Origin: Candidatus Micrarchaeota archaeon
GTDB lineage: Archaea; Micrarchaeota; Micrarchaeia; Anstonellales; Anstonellaceae
Direction: 5' to 3'
NCBI GenBank assembly: GCA_964392435.1
Contig: CAYMOY010000001.1
Coordinates: forward strand, 7,484 to 71,483
DNA length: 64,000 nucleotides
Part shown: in pieces, positions 35,582 to 45,557 of the stretch
How positions within the stretch are numbered: position 1 is the stretch's first letter
Layout: each line of letters starts with the position of its first letter
Position numbers and translations under genes: made by a program
The notes under the pieces: generated by a model
Seen by the model: only the letters and a program-made list of their open reading frames with translations
Databases searched by the model: none
What the model was told of the DNA's origin: nothing

Positions 35582-37204
35582 ATGGCGGAGCAGTTTACTG
35601 ACAAGGAGAAGGCGATACTCTCGCAGTTTTGCACCAACCTGGACAGCGACTGCTTTGTGCTGGTCAACCTCCCGGAGGCGGTGAAGGGCGCGCTTTTCTC
35701 CCGCTATTCGCGCTCCTCAAAGTCATTGCGCCGCGTGCTTCTCGAGGAATTCATACAGAGCCCCGAGTCAGGCTTTGAGGCGATTGTCGGTTCAGCGCAG
35801 GGCAGGGGGGAGTCGCAGCTTGTCGCAACCAAAAAAGCGGAAGATTTCTACGACCGCGTGCTGGTGGGCTATGGCGACGACTCGGTTGCGGAACTTGGCG
35901 GGGCGCACCTTGCGGCAGAGAACATCTCAAACTTAGTGACAAAAGTGATGCAGGACAGCAGAATAGGCGTTTCCCCGCTTGAAAAGTCCACGCGCTACGT
36001 TTACTTCGACCAGAAAGAGAACGGGCGCTACCGCTACTTGCGCGAGGATCGCATCATGTCCTCCAAGTTTGCGGATGAATACGTGCGTGTGTGCGACCTT
36101 CTATTTGAAACTTATGCATCCCTCATAGCTCCTTTGACCGAGGTTGAGCAGAAGAAAAATCCGCGTGGAGCGGATGTCTCTGACAGGGCATACGCATCCA
36201 CGATAAGGGCAAAAGTGTGCGACCTGCTCCGGGGCATATTGCCATCCAGCACACTCACCAACGCCGGCTTTTACGGGAACGGGCGCGCATTCGAGTACAT
36301 GCTTGCCAAAATGTACGCCTCCCCCCTTTCCGAGGCGCGCTCAGTTGCCAAAAGTGCCCAGGCAGAGCTGTCCAAAGTTATCCCCTCGTTCGTGAAGCGG
36401 GCGGATGACAAATACGGCAAGGAGCTGCAGGGCTATATCTCTGCGAACAGGGAGGCGATAGAAAAGCTTGCTTCAGGCTACCTGCAGCTGCAAGCGGCAT
36501 CACCAGACACCGCGCACGTTTCTCTCATTGACTATGACAAGGATGCAGAAGACAAAATCCTCGCAGCCATTATCTTCTCCGCTTCTCACTCAGAGATGAA
36601 TGAGGTCAAGGCTGCAGTCCAGAAAATGCCGCCCTCTGAAAAGCAGCAGCTCCTCTCAGCATACATCGGCACGCGCGCCAACAGGAGGCAAAAGCCGGGC
36701 CGCGCGTTCGAAGCGGCTTACTACACGTTCTGCGTCACAGGCAACTTCGGCATGTATCGCGACTTGCACCGCCATAGGATACTCACCCAGGAGCGGCAAT
36801 TGCTCACTACGAAACACGGGTTCGATATGCCCCCGCAGCTGGTGGATGCCGGCTTTGCTGAAAAAGTTTCAGCCGCAGTGGCAGCGGCAGACGCCCTCTT
36901 CACGCGCATGTCTCCTTCCATGCCCTACGAGGCGCAGTATATTGTGCCGCTTGGCTGCCGCATGCGCTGGTACATCAGGATGAACCTGCGCGAGTGCTAC
37001 CATTTCTGCGAGCTTCGCTCAATGCGACAGGGCCACCTGGACTACAGGCGGGTTGCGCAGGACATCCACAGGCTGATTGCCTCGGTGCACCCGAATCTGG
37101 CGGCAGGGATGAAGTTCGTGGACTATGGGAGCTACGAGCTTGAGCGGCTGGAAGCAGAGAAAAAGATAGACAGGAAGCTTGATGCTCTCAAGAAAAAAGG
37201 CTAG
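35582..37204 (+). CDS. thyX: Flavin-dependent thymidylate synthase, long tandem-domain form
   Basis: YGDDSVAEL, EKSTRY, RDLHRHR, MNLRE..HF.ELR. Confidence 0.8.
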   Translation: MAEQFTDKEKAILSQFCTNLDSDCFVLVNLPEAVKGALFSRYSRSSKSLRRVLLEEFIQSPESGFEAIVGSAQGRGESQLVATKKAEDFYDRVLVGYGDDSVAELGGAHLAAENISNLVTKVMQDSRIGVSPLEKSTRYVYFDQKENGRYRYLREDRIMSSKFADEYVRVCDLLFETYASLIAPLTEVEQKKNPRGADVSDRAYASTIRAKVCDLLRGILPSSTLTNAGFYGNGRAFEYMLAKMYASPLSEARSVAKSAQAELSKVIPSFVKRADDKYGKELQGYISANREAIEKLASGYLQLQAASPDTAHVSLIDYDKDAEDKILAAIIFSASHSEMNEVKAAVQKMPPSEKQQLLSAYIGTRANRRQKPGRAFEAAYYTFCVTGNFGMYRDLHRHRILTQERQLLTTKHGFDMPPQLVDAGFAEKVSAAVAAADALFTRMSPSMPYEAQYIVPLGCRMRWYIRMNLRECYHFCELRSMRQGHLDYRRVAQDIHRLIASVHPNLAAGMKFVDYGSYELERLEAEKKIDRKLDALKKKG

Positions 37205-37207
37205 CCT

Positions 37208-37978
37208 TCAGCCTGGCACACTCTTCAGCCCGAACCAGTCGCCCAGCACCTTTCCGATGAGCCAGCCGGTTATTGCCGCGAGCATTCCGATGACTGCCAT
37301 CTCAAGCCCGCTCTTCCACCATTGCCCGACTGTTATCTTCGCCTTGTAAGCCCCGACTGCGAAAAGCACCAGTGTTGAAAGAACAAGCGAAACAGGTATT
37401 GCGACAGAAACAGGCAGGAAGGCGAAGGGTGCCAGGGGCAGCGCCGAGCCTATTATCGCCGAGCCGCCCACCACCGCCGCTGCCTTGACGGGGTTGGAGC
37501 TTTCAATCGGGGCAAGCCCCAGCTCCTCTGTCATCATCACCGAGAGCCAAAGCTCCTCGTTGGAGGTCACTGACCTGACCATGCGCTCAAGCTCGGCGCC
37601 CCTAAAGCCCTTCTGCATGTAGATAAGCCTAATCTCTTCTGTTTCCACTTCGGGCACATGCTTTATCTCCCATTTCTCATTCTCAAGCTCAGACCTGTAG
37701 TGGTCCTGCTCTGCCCGCGTGGAGGTATAGGCAACAGCAGCCATTGAAATTGACTCTGCAAAGGTGGCGACCAGCCCTGCCACCAGCACTATGAAATGGT
37801 CGTTGGTGGCAGAGGCGACTCCCAGCACAATGCCAAGCACGTTGACCAGCCCGTCCTGCCCGCCGAGTATCACGTCTGAGAGCATGCCCGCCCCGCCGCG
37901 CTTCTTTTCCTCCTCCAAATGAGACTGCACCTTGGCGGTGAACTCTTTCATTTCAGAAGGGCTGCGTTTTTTTGCCAT
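37208..37978 (-). CDS. VIT1/CCC1 family transporter
   Basis: DVILGGQDGLV, ESISMA, MMTEELGL. Confidence 0.88.
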   Translation of the reverse strand: MAKKRSPSEMKEFTAKVQSHLEEEKKRGGAGMLSDVILGGQDGLVNVLGIVLGVASATNDHFIVLVAGLVATFAESISMAAVAYTSTRAEQDHYRSELENEKWEIKHVPEVETEEIRLIYMQKGFRGAELERMVRSVTSNEELWLSVMMTEELGLAPIESSNPVKAAAVVGGSAIIGSALPLAPFAFLPVSVAIPVSLVLSTLVLFAVGAYKAKITVGQWWKSGLEMAVIGMLAAITGWLIGKVLGDWFGLKSVPG

Positions 37979-38016
37979 GTGAAAACCGGATTCCTTCTGC
38001 CTTCTTTCGCATCCAC

Positions 38017-39210
38017 CTATTTCTTCCCTACGCCAAGCTTCTTCCCCACTTTTTCAAACGCCCCAAGCGCATCGTTGAGGTCGTCCTTGGAGTGCGCCGC
38101 GGTAATCATCGTCCTTATCCTCGCTTTGTCGCGCGCCACCATAGGAAAGACAATGGGCAGGGCGAACACGCCCTCTGCAAAAAGCTCCTTGGAGAAGTCC
38201 TGTGCCAGCTTGCTGTCCCCCAGCATCACCGGGGTAATGGGTGTCTCGCTCTCACCCGTGTCAAAGCCGAGCTTCTTGAGGCCCTTCTTCCAGTAGCGCG
38301 TGTTCCTCCAAAGCTTTTTCACCAGCCTGTCGTCAGACTCCAGAAGCTCAAGGGATGCCTTGCATGCCGCCACTGTTGCCGGCGGCGCAGAGCCTGAAAG
38401 CAAAAATGAGCGCGCCTTGTTCTGCAAGAATTCGCAAAGCGCAGCGCTGCCTGCCACATAGCCGCCCACCACCCCGAACCCTTTGGAAAAAGTGCCCATC
38501 TCAGCCTCTATTTTCCCTTCGAGCTTGAAGTGCGAGACAATCCCCCTGCCATGCTCGCCAAGCACGCCGTCCCCGTGCGCGTCATCCACGTATATGTGGG
38601 CGCCGTACTCGTGCGCAAGCTTCTCTATCTTGTCCAAGGGGGCGATGTCTCCGTCCATTGAGAAAACCCCGTCGGTTATCACCCAGATTTTCTTGTAGGT
38701 GCCCTTTGCCTTGGCCTCGGAAAGCACGCGCTGCAAATCCGCCATGTCCTTGTGCTTGAATATGGCCCTTTCAGCCTTGGTCAGCCTCACCCCGTCGATT
38801 ATGCTGCCGTGGTTCAGCTCGTCTGAAATCATGAGGTCCCCCTCTATCCCCAGCTGGGGCAGCGAGCCTTGGTTTGCCGCAAAGCCGGTCTGGAAGTAAA
38901 GGGCGGCCTGGGTGTGCTTGAAGCGCGCAATAGTCTTCTCCAGCTCAAGGTGCAGGTCCATTGTCCCTGCAATCGCGCGGACTGAGCCTGAGCCGACCCC
39001 GTGGGATTTTGTCGCCGCTATGGCGGCTTTCTTCAGTTTTTTGTTCTCGGACAGCCCCAGGTAGTTATTCGAGCAGAGCATGATGACGTCTTTCCCCTCC
39101 ACATTGCAGCGCGGCTTGCTCCCGCCGGACAGCTTCCGCAGCTGCCAGTTGAGGCCCTTTTCCTTAAGTGAATTTACCTCTGACATAAAGTATTCGTCCA
39201 AAGCCATCAT
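38017..39210 (-). CDS. Glycine C-acetyltransferase / AONS family PLP enzyme
   Basis: SNNYLGL, SDELNHGSIIDG, DGVFSMDGD, DDAHG, GTFSK. Confidence 0.88.
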   Translation of the reverse strand: MMALDEYFMSEVNSLKEKGLNWQLRKLSGGSKPRCNVEGKDVIMLCSNNYLGLSENKKLKKAAIAATKSHGVGSGSVRAIAGTMDLHLELEKTIARFKHTQAALYFQTGFAANQGSLPQLGIEGDLMISDELNHGSIIDGVRLTKAERAIFKHKDMADLQRVLSEAKAKGTYKKIWVITDGVFSMDGDIAPLDKIEKLAHEYGAHIYVDDAHGDGVLGEHGRGIVSHFKLEGKIEAEMGTFSKGFGVVGGYVAGSAALCEFLQNKARSFLLSGSAPPATVAACKASLELLESDDRLVKKLWRNTRYWKKGLKKLGFDTGESETPITPVMLGDSKLAQDFSKELFAEGVFALPIVFPMVARDKARIRTMITAAHSKDDLNDALGAFEKVGKKLGVGKK

Positions 39211-39393
39211 CTCACCGGTTTTCACTGGTTTGGCAATATTTAAACAGCTAATGCCAGCCCTGGGAAAGTGCCGCCTCCATGCCTGGCAATTTCTCAGCCC
39301 CCTTATCTGGCAACGCGGCAAAAGCTCTGCTTTCATTCCCAGCGGCATTGCGCCCGGATAAGAGTTTTAAACCGAGTTGATTGTAATGCTGCC

Positions 39394-40179
39394 ATGTTCC
39401 ATTTGCTGCGCTTCTACTCTGGCGAGGGCAAGCCTGTTCTCCTTTCCAGAGGTGAAAGCGGCGAGGTTGGATGCGTTGGGCTTTCTCAAGGGAGCAGCGC
39501 AGACATAAGCTTCGGCGACCTTTTTTGTTGCATCGGCTACCGCACCCCGGAAAAATACATCCATTGCCCAAACAAGGCAACGCACACCCGCCAATGCCCC
39601 ACTTGCGCAGCCCGCGATGTTGCCAAGGCATACACAGTGGGCGATTTTTCGGGGTATCCAGCGCTTTATGCAGAGGCGCAGCATGAACAGTACTGCCTCT
39701 ACCTTGCCCAGTTCGGGGAAGAAATAACCAAGTGCGGAGTGACCCGCAAGGAGCGCTTTTCTGAGCGCATGCGCGAGCAGGGGGCTGATTTCGGCTGCGT
39801 AATCGCATCATTTATCGGGCCTGACGAGGTCTATGGCGCGGAATCCGCGGTGCAATCGCGCTTCTCGTTTGCGAATTCGGTGAGGCTGGCGCAGAAGTTG
39901 CGGCTTATCTCATTTGACTCCTCTGTTGCCAAGGAACGCATTTCCTCCTCAGTTGAGCTGGTGCGCTCCTCCGGCATTCTGCCGGATTTCACCCCCCAGA
40001 TAGAGGATTTCTCGCAGCACTATCCGCGCGTAAGGAATGTCCGGCAGACTTATTCGGTGCTCGGGGAGATACTCGGGGCTAAAGGGGAAATACTACTTTT
40101 TCGCTCAGACTCTGGCAAGGATTTCGCAGTCAACATGCGTTCCAAGGTGGGCAGCTTCTTCAGCATGGACGGGCAATAG
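39394..40179 (+). CDS. DUF2797-like Cys-containing protein
   Basis: CIGY...HCP...QCPTC; LYLAQFG..TKCGVTR...R.REQGA. Confidence 0.6.
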   Translation: MFHLLRFYSGEGKPVLLSRGESGEVGCVGLSQGSSADISFGDLFCCIGYRTPEKYIHCPNKATHTRQCPTCAARDVAKAYTVGDFSGYPALYAEAQHEQYCLYLAQFGEEITKCGVTRKERFSERMREQGADFGCVIASFIGPDEVYGAESAVQSRFSFANSVRLAQKLRLISFDSSVAKERISSSVELVRSSGILPDFTPQIEDFSQHYPRVRNVRQTYSVLGEILGAKGEILLFRSDSGKDFAVNMRSKVGSFFSMDGQ

Positions 40180-40182
40180 CGC

Positions 40183-40890
40183 TTACCTGACCGGGTCGTA
40201 GTGCTTGGCAGGCGAGGCGAGGAAGTGCGATCGTATGAAATTTCCAGTATGGAATGCGATGTATTTCAAATAGCCCCACTTGTGCACGCGGCGCATGGAT
40301 GCCCTGACATTGGCATTGTTTACGAACCTGAACCGCCCTGCTTTGCGCAGCCGTATCGCCAGGTCAGTATCCTCTCCGGTGATAAGCTCGGGCTTGAATC
40401 CGCCAGCCTTGCGGTAAACCTTTTCCTTGCAGACCATGTTCTCCGCATAAACATAGGGCAGGCAAAGAAAATTCATCAGCATGGCAATTGGGCGCAGAAT
40501 GAAGACAAGCGCTTCGTCCAAGGGCGTTCCGTCCAGGGGGGTGACGCTGCCAAGCACCCAGTCCGCCTTGCCCTCCTCAAGCGGCGCAATAGCCTTTTCG
40601 AGCCAGTCTGGCGCCACTTCAACATCTGCTCCTGTGAATGCAAGTATCCTTCCCCTCGCCTTCATAGCTGCGGCATACCTCCCTCCTGATGGCGTGCCAT
40701 ATTTTTCAGTTACCACCCGCGCCCCATAATCGCGGGCAATCTTGGCGGTCCTGTCCTTGCTGCACCCGTCCCCGATAACTATCTCATAGGTTTTCGAGAA
40801 TTTCTGGCGGCGTATCGAGCTTAGCGCAGCCCCGATGTATTTTTCCTCGTTGTAGGTCGGTATGATTATCGACACCTCGGGTTTTTTCAT
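40183..40890 (-). CDS. Glycosyltransferase family 2
   Basis: SIIIPTYNEEKYI, S.DRT, GGF...GEDTDL. Confidence 0.88.
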   Translation of the reverse strand: MKKPEVSIIIPTYNEEKYIGAALSSIRRQKFSKTYEIVIGDGCSKDRTAKIARDYGARVVTEKYGTPSGGRYAAAMKARGRILAFTGADVEVAPDWLEKAIAPLEEGKADWVLGSVTPLDGTPLDEALVFILRPIAMLMNFLCLPYVYAENMVCKEKVYRKAGGFKPELITGEDTDLAIRLRKAGRFRFVNNANVRASMRRVHKWGYLKYIAFHTGNFIRSHFLASPAKHYDPVR

Positions 40891-40894
40891 AAAA

Positions 40895-41713
40895 TCACCT
40901 TGAAAGCGCAGCGCCTTCCTCGCACGTTTTCGCCCTGAGCAATAGCTTCGGCTTGCTGGAAAGCTTAAGCGGAATGTCCGAGAAGAGCGTCTGCCCCACC
41001 ATCGCCATGCCCGCGCGCGGGTTTTTTTCCATCTCGCCCTCGCACCAATGGGCGAGCCCTGACTGGAGCGCGAACTGCCTTGAGGCGGCAACAAAGCCGT
41101 CCCAGCTTTTTTCCCCAAACAGCCCCTCCAGGGCATCTTTGCCAGCGCGGTTGACCTTTTCCTTCCAAGACTCATCGCGGATTACGCTTGCTGTTTTTAT
41201 CGGGGAGAAAAAGGCGAGCTCCAATCCCTTTTCCTCAAAAGGCAGCTTAACAGGCGTGCTATCCAGGTCTTTGCGCGCCAAAATCCCTCCCACAGCCTCG
41301 GCGTCCACGCCCGAAAGGCCTGTGCCGCACTCCACGTCCGCATCATGCGCGATTTTCACGCACTCTTGCCGCGAAAAGCCAGCCCCGAGAAATTCGTTTA
41401 GCGCAAGCGAAAGGGAGAGCGCCCCTGCAGCGCTCATGCCAAGCCCGTATCCAATCGGCACGTCTGTGGCGTGATTTATCTCCAGCAGCCCGATTTTTCC
41501 GCAGCGCTTTGCGTATCGCCTCAGCACGGATTTGGAAACCGGCGCATCCGATTCCTTGCCGTTTATAGTTATCCTTGTGCTGCCGCTTTTCCTTTCTGAG
41601 ACCTCGGTTGCCATCCTGCGGTCGATTGCAAAGCCGGCTCCGGCGGCATCATTCTCCCCTATTGTGAAAATGCCGGTCAGGTAGGCTGGGCAAAACGCAG
41701 AGATTTTCTTCAT
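40895..41713 (-). CDS. Pantoate kinase (GHMP family)
   Basis: FCPAYLTGIF, PIGYGLGMSAAGAL, AHDADV..GTGL, MAMVGQTLF. Confidence 0.78.
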   Translation of the reverse strand: MKKISAFCPAYLTGIFTIGENDAAGAGFAIDRRMATEVSERKSGSTRITINGKESDAPVSKSVLRRYAKRCGKIGLLEINHATDVPIGYGLGMSAAGALSLSLALNEFLGAGFSRQECVKIAHDADVECGTGLSGVDAEAVGGILARKDLDSTPVKLPFEEKGLELAFFSPIKTASVIRDESWKEKVNRAGKDALEGLFGEKSWDGFVAASRQFALQSGLAHWCEGEMEKNPRAGMAMVGQTLFSDIPLKLSSKPKLLLRAKTCEEGAALSR

Positions 41714-41775
41714 GGAAAGGGTGCTCTGTAAACCCATTTAAATATTGGGTATCACAAAAATCGTGCTTTCTGATT

Positions 41776-41880
41776 GGGCCCATAGTCGAATGGCCGCCTG
41801 TCCTTGGGGCTGCGGCTCGACAATGGTAAGACGTCTGCTTGACGTGCAGAAGACTCGGGGTTCGATTCCTCGTGGGCCCA
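41776..41880 (+). tRNA. tRNA-Val(GAC) with 31-nt D-loop intron (about 41792-41822)
   Basis: GGGCCCA/TGGGCCC-A; TCTGC-TTGACGT-GCAGA; BHB TCGA/TCGA with ATG and CAA bulges. Confidence 0.92.
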
Positions 41881-42103
41881 TTCCGAACCCAGGGGAACCT
41901 ACGGTTCCCCTAGGTTTGAGGTTCTTCCGTAACCCCTCCCTTTTTCTGAAGACTCGGGGTTCGACCGCCAACTGCGAAGCAGTTGGGGGGACAGGAGAGC
42001 CGCAGCTCTCCTGGATTCCTCGTGGGCCCACTCCCATAGGGGGCAGATGCAAACAGTCTGTCCCCCTAAGGGTTTCACCCCCTCTGGATTCCTTAGGTGC
42101 CCA
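41881..42103 (+). repeat. tRNA-Val 3'-end echoes interleaved with hairpins
   Basis: GAAGACTCGGGGTTCGA (41948-41964), GATTCCTCGTGGGCCCA (42014-42030), degenerate GATTCCTTAGGTGCCCA (42087-42103). Confidence 0.85.
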
Positions 42104-42129
42104 CGTTTTTCACTGCTTCGCAGAGGCTC

Positions 42130-42669
42130 TCAAAGCCTTTTCTGCCCGTAAAATTCGCGCCTTATTTCGCGCATAAGCTTCTGGACGAATGTTTCGTCCT
42201 TGAAAAACTGCTTTATCATCTCGTAAACCGCGCGCCCGTCAGCTTTGAGGGGCTTGCCCCTGCCACTCACGAATCCCGTGCGGCTTATGCCATAAAACGG
42301 GTCCAGGCATAGCTCCAGCAGGCTGTTGCGGTTGTTCTCATCGGACAAGGCGCGTCTGCCGACCTCTCCCGCCCTATCCACCAGCTTTCCCAGGTTTTTC
42401 CTCACCAGCGTTTCTGCGCCCATGCTCCCCCAGGTGCAGCTTCGCACCAATCTCGCATTGCCAAAAAGCATTTCTGCAGGCTCGCGAAAGCCTGGCTTGA
42501 GGGCAACCTTCAGCAGCCCGCCATCCTGAGCCAGGGCGAGCTTGCGTTTGCGTTTCTTTGGCACAGCTGCCAAATCCTCATTGAGGATGCCCTGGAATTC
42601 CCTCAGGCGGGCACTTATAGGCAACTGCGCCGTTATTTTGGCAGCAGGGGGCTTGGGCTTCAGCTTCAT
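42130..42669 (-). CDS. Hypothetical protein
   Basis: 179-aa basic ORF. Confidence 0.5.
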   Translation of the reverse strand: MKLKPKPPAAKITAQLPISARLREFQGILNEDLAAVPKKRKRKLALAQDGGLLKVALKPGFREPAEMLFGNARLVRSCTWGSMGAETLVRKNLGKLVDRAGEVGRRALSDENNRNSLLELCLDPFYGISRTGFVSGRGKPLKADGRAVYEMIKQFFKDETFVQKLMREIRREFYGQKRL

Positions 42670-42771
42670 CTTCCCACGCCAAAATAAGGGGCAGAAGGGA
42701 ATAAAAAACAAGGGCAGAATAAAAGAAAAAAGGGAGAAACAAAAGAAAAAATTGGCGCTTGCGCGCCGAAT

Positions 42772-44127
42772 TTACGTTTTGGTGTGTATCAGCACGCTTG
42801 CGGGTTTCCTAAACACGTTGCCAAGCTTCATGGCCGCCAGAATTCCGACCTTCTTGTTCTCGGCCATATCAGCCAGCCTCTGCGTGATGATGCCGTCGAA
42901 GACGATGGCGAAGACTTCCTTCTCCTCCTCAAGCGACTTTATCATGTCCCGCACTGGCATCTCCTTTGTCGAGGCAAGCTCGGCGTTGTAGAAGCGAGCG
43001 CGCAAGGTGTTTTCCAGCTCGTCAAGCGACGACAAAAGCGCCGGTGGCACTTCCGCGGGCTTGTTCTGGGCTGGCGTTTCCTCCTTGGGCGGCTCTGGCG
43101 CCTTGGCCTCAGCCATCTGTGGGGCTTGCGCTTCGGAAGGCGGGCTGGCTATCTGCACAGGGGCGCTCTGCCCATCACGCATGGGGCGGTCCCGTTCCCC
43201 CCGCCTGTCATCCCTTCCCTCGCGCCGCCTGTCGTCCCGCTCAAAACGCCTTCCGCCGCGGTCGCGCCTGTCATACTCGCGCCTTTCCTCCCCGCCTTCC
43301 TTCTGGCTGTTCCCCTGCTCAAAGGGCATTTTCGCCCTCAGGCACTTTATCAGTTCCTTGCGGGTCAGCTCCTCCACTTCCTTTCCAGCCGGAGCGCGGG
43401 CAACGAAATCGATGTCCGCCACGCGGGCAAGCTCGGTAAGGATGATGTCCCCGCCGCGGTCGCCGTCCAAAAAGACGGTCACCTCCTTTTCGCGGGCAAG
43501 CTTGGCAATCGCATTGGTCACATTCGCCCCGCCAACCGCAACCACGTTGGTCACGTCGTTTTTCAGAAGATTGATGACGTCCGCCCGACCCTCGACGATT
43601 ATTATCGAGTCCACCTTGTCAATCCCTGGCCCGCAGGGCAGCTTTTCAGGCCCGTACTCCTCTATTTCTGCAACCTTCACTTCCTGGCGGACCATTTCCG
43701 AAATTTCCTTGCTTTCCGGTATTTCGTTTGTCAGCAGGCTTTTGAGAAGATTCTTTGCCCTGTCCACCAGAACCTTGCGCTTGGAGTTGCGGGTGTCCTC
43801 CACCTTTTCTATCGCGATTTTCGCTTCGCAGGGGCCCACCCTGTCCACTGTTTCCAGCGCGGCTGCCAGTATGCAGGTTTCCACCATGTCTAAGGACGAT
43901 GGCAGCTTTATCTTGCCCACGCTCCTTCCTCCGCGGGGCTGCAAATCAACCTCTATCCGGCCTATCCTGCCGTTTTTCTGCAAATCCCGCAAGTCCAGCT
44001 CGTCGCCAAGCAGCCCTTCGGTCTGGCCAAAGACAGCGCCGACCACATCGGGCTTCTCGACCATTCCGTCTATCTCCACGTTAGCGTACACCAGGTATTT
44101 CACTGTGTCAATGTATGTCTTTCCCAT
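42772..44127 (-). CDS. dnaG: Archaeal DnaG-like protein (TOPRIM; exosome-associated)
   Basis: VEKPDVVGAVFGQTEGLLG, IIVEGRADV, DGDRGG, FDGIITQRL. Confidence 0.93.
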   Translation of the reverse strand: MGKTYIDTVKYLVYANVEIDGMVEKPDVVGAVFGQTEGLLGDELDLRDLQKNGRIGRIEVDLQPRGGRSVGKIKLPSSLDMVETCILAAALETVDRVGPCEAKIAIEKVEDTRNSKRKVLVDRAKNLLKSLLTNEIPESKEISEMVRQEVKVAEIEEYGPEKLPCGPGIDKVDSIIIVEGRADVINLLKNDVTNVVAVGGANVTNAIAKLAREKEVTVFLDGDRGGDIILTELARVADIDFVARAPAGKEVEELTRKELIKCLRAKMPFEQGNSQKEGGEERREYDRRDRGGRRFERDDRRREGRDDRRGERDRPMRDGQSAPVQIASPPSEAQAPQMAEAKAPEPPKEETPAQNKPAEVPPALLSSLDELENTLRARFYNAELASTKEMPVRDMIKSLEEEKEVFAIVFDGIITQRLADMAENKKVGILAAMKLGNVFRKPASVLIHTKT

Positions 44128-44144
44128 ATTTTCACCTTTTGCTC

Positions 44145-44402
44145 TCATTCCTTCAACTTTGCAAGCAGCTGTTCCGGTGTGCAATCCGCGGCAAGAGTCT
44201 TTCTCCTGCTTGCTTTTCCCGCAACTATGCCCACCGGGCAGCCCAGCATCTTCTCAAGGCAAGAAACCAGCACCCTGTTTGCCTCGCCTTTCACAGGCTC
44301 GGCGGGTATCTCCACGCGCAGGGCAATCGGATTTTTGGAAAGCAGGCGGGCTGAAAAACTCCCCTTGCTTGCCGATGCCCTGACGGAAAATACTGTTGCC
44401 AT
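44145..44402 (-). CDS. DUF167/YggU family protein
   Basis: AEPVKGEAN...IVAGKASRRK. Confidence 0.75.
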   Translation of the reverse strand: MATVFSVRASASKGSFSARLLSKNPIALRVEIPAEPVKGEANRVLVSCLEKMLGCPVGIVAGKASRRKTLAADCTPEQLLAKLKE

Positions 44403-44947
44403 TCCAATGGCTCCAATACAAAGACACGGGGTCCTCCCGTTTCCTCAGCTGGCTTGCAGCTGCGGATTCGCGCCTCGCGCCGGCACGCTTCGCCGGCTTT
44501 TTCAGCAAGTTTCCTTGCCCCGCAGCCCAAAAGGGCAACGGAAATGAGCGTGAAATCCTTGTGATGCCTGGTCTTGCCAGGCTGTGATGCTTTTTTCTTG
44601 TTTGAAATCCGGGGTGCATTGCCCCCTTCTGCTTGTCATGTGCGGTGCGTTGAGCCTGCTGGCTCCTCGTCCGACACAGTTCTGCTGAACTTGTGCGGTG
44701 CGCCGGGCTTTGTTGTGGTGCTGTTGCGCCACTTAGCCGCAAAGTGCGTCGCACTTCCGCGGTCGCCCGCCATCCGCCAATTGCTGTTGCAATTGTGCGG
44801 TGCGCTGTTGACAGTGGATTCATTGCCTTGCGGCTCCTGCTGCCATCCACGCACAGCAACTCAGCCTATGGATTTTGGGGTATATAAGCCTTCGCTTCCG
44901 AAAACGGTTTTAAGTGTTTGTATTAGATTATGGGCAATGGTGGTTTG

Positions 44948-45316
44948 ATGCAATATATACACAGCCAGGCAAAAAAGGCATATGCGAGCGGTATAATTCC
45001 CTTCAGCTTCAGCAGCGAGGCCCGCGCAATAGGCATAACGCGGTACAAAAACAAGGACTATCTTGTGGCTACTAGCAAATCCAACGAAATACTCAGGCTT
45101 TACGGGCAGTGCAAATCAATAGAACGCGGCCTGAAAGACAAGCCTGCCGCATCCGGGCTTGTTGGTCGGGAATTTTTCCTCAAGGTTTCCAACCACTTCA
45201 CTGACCGTTCTGACTACTACTCGTTCATTCACCTTCGGGCAGACGAGCGGGCGAAGCTTGTTTCTGGGATGAACAAGGGCAGGAGCGGGCACAAGGACTC
45301 TGTGGGGAGAAACTAG
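44948..45316 (+). CDS. Hypothetical protein
   Basis: 122-aa ORF with GGTGG RBS-like motif. Confidence 0.45.
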   Translation: MQYIHSQAKKAYASGIIPFSFSSEARAIGITRYKNKDYLVATSKSNEILRLYGQCKSIERGLKDKPAASGLVGREFFLKVSNHFTDRSDYYSFIHLRADERAKLVSGMNKGRSGHKDSVGRN

Positions 45317-45483
45317 TTGGTCTTGAAAAGGTAGTATGCGACCAGCAGGAAGACTATTGCCATTATCAGGCCGGACCAGGGTGCGTATGGCAGCGCCACA
45401 TCTATCCTCACCCCTGCAAAAGGCATCAGCATTTCTACTCCAAGCAGGAAGAGCATCCCGGATATGAAGCTTTTGAACTCCAT
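45313..45483 (-). CDS. Small membrane protein
   Basis: Two hydrophobic helices; GGAGTGA RBS. Confidence 0.55.
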   Translation of the reverse strand: MEFKSFISGMLFLLGVEMLMPFAGVRIDVALPYAPWSGLIMAIVFLLVAYYLFKTN

Positions 45484-45557
45484 TTTTTCACTCCGCACTC
45501 TTTAGGCAAGTTCATTTTAAAAACTTTGATTGCGATTCTCCCATTGGAGGTGTGGAC

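Noticed and set aside
41948..42030. Split or permuted tRNA half, or T-loop intron
   Set aside because: No BHB (no GAAC partner for GTTC), no 5' half or complementary leader, and an intact gene is adjacent
43007..44383. Long plus-strand ORFs (458 aa, 369 aa) and similar antisense ORFs elsewhere
   Set aside because: Shadows of dnaG and other real genes in GC-rich coding DNA
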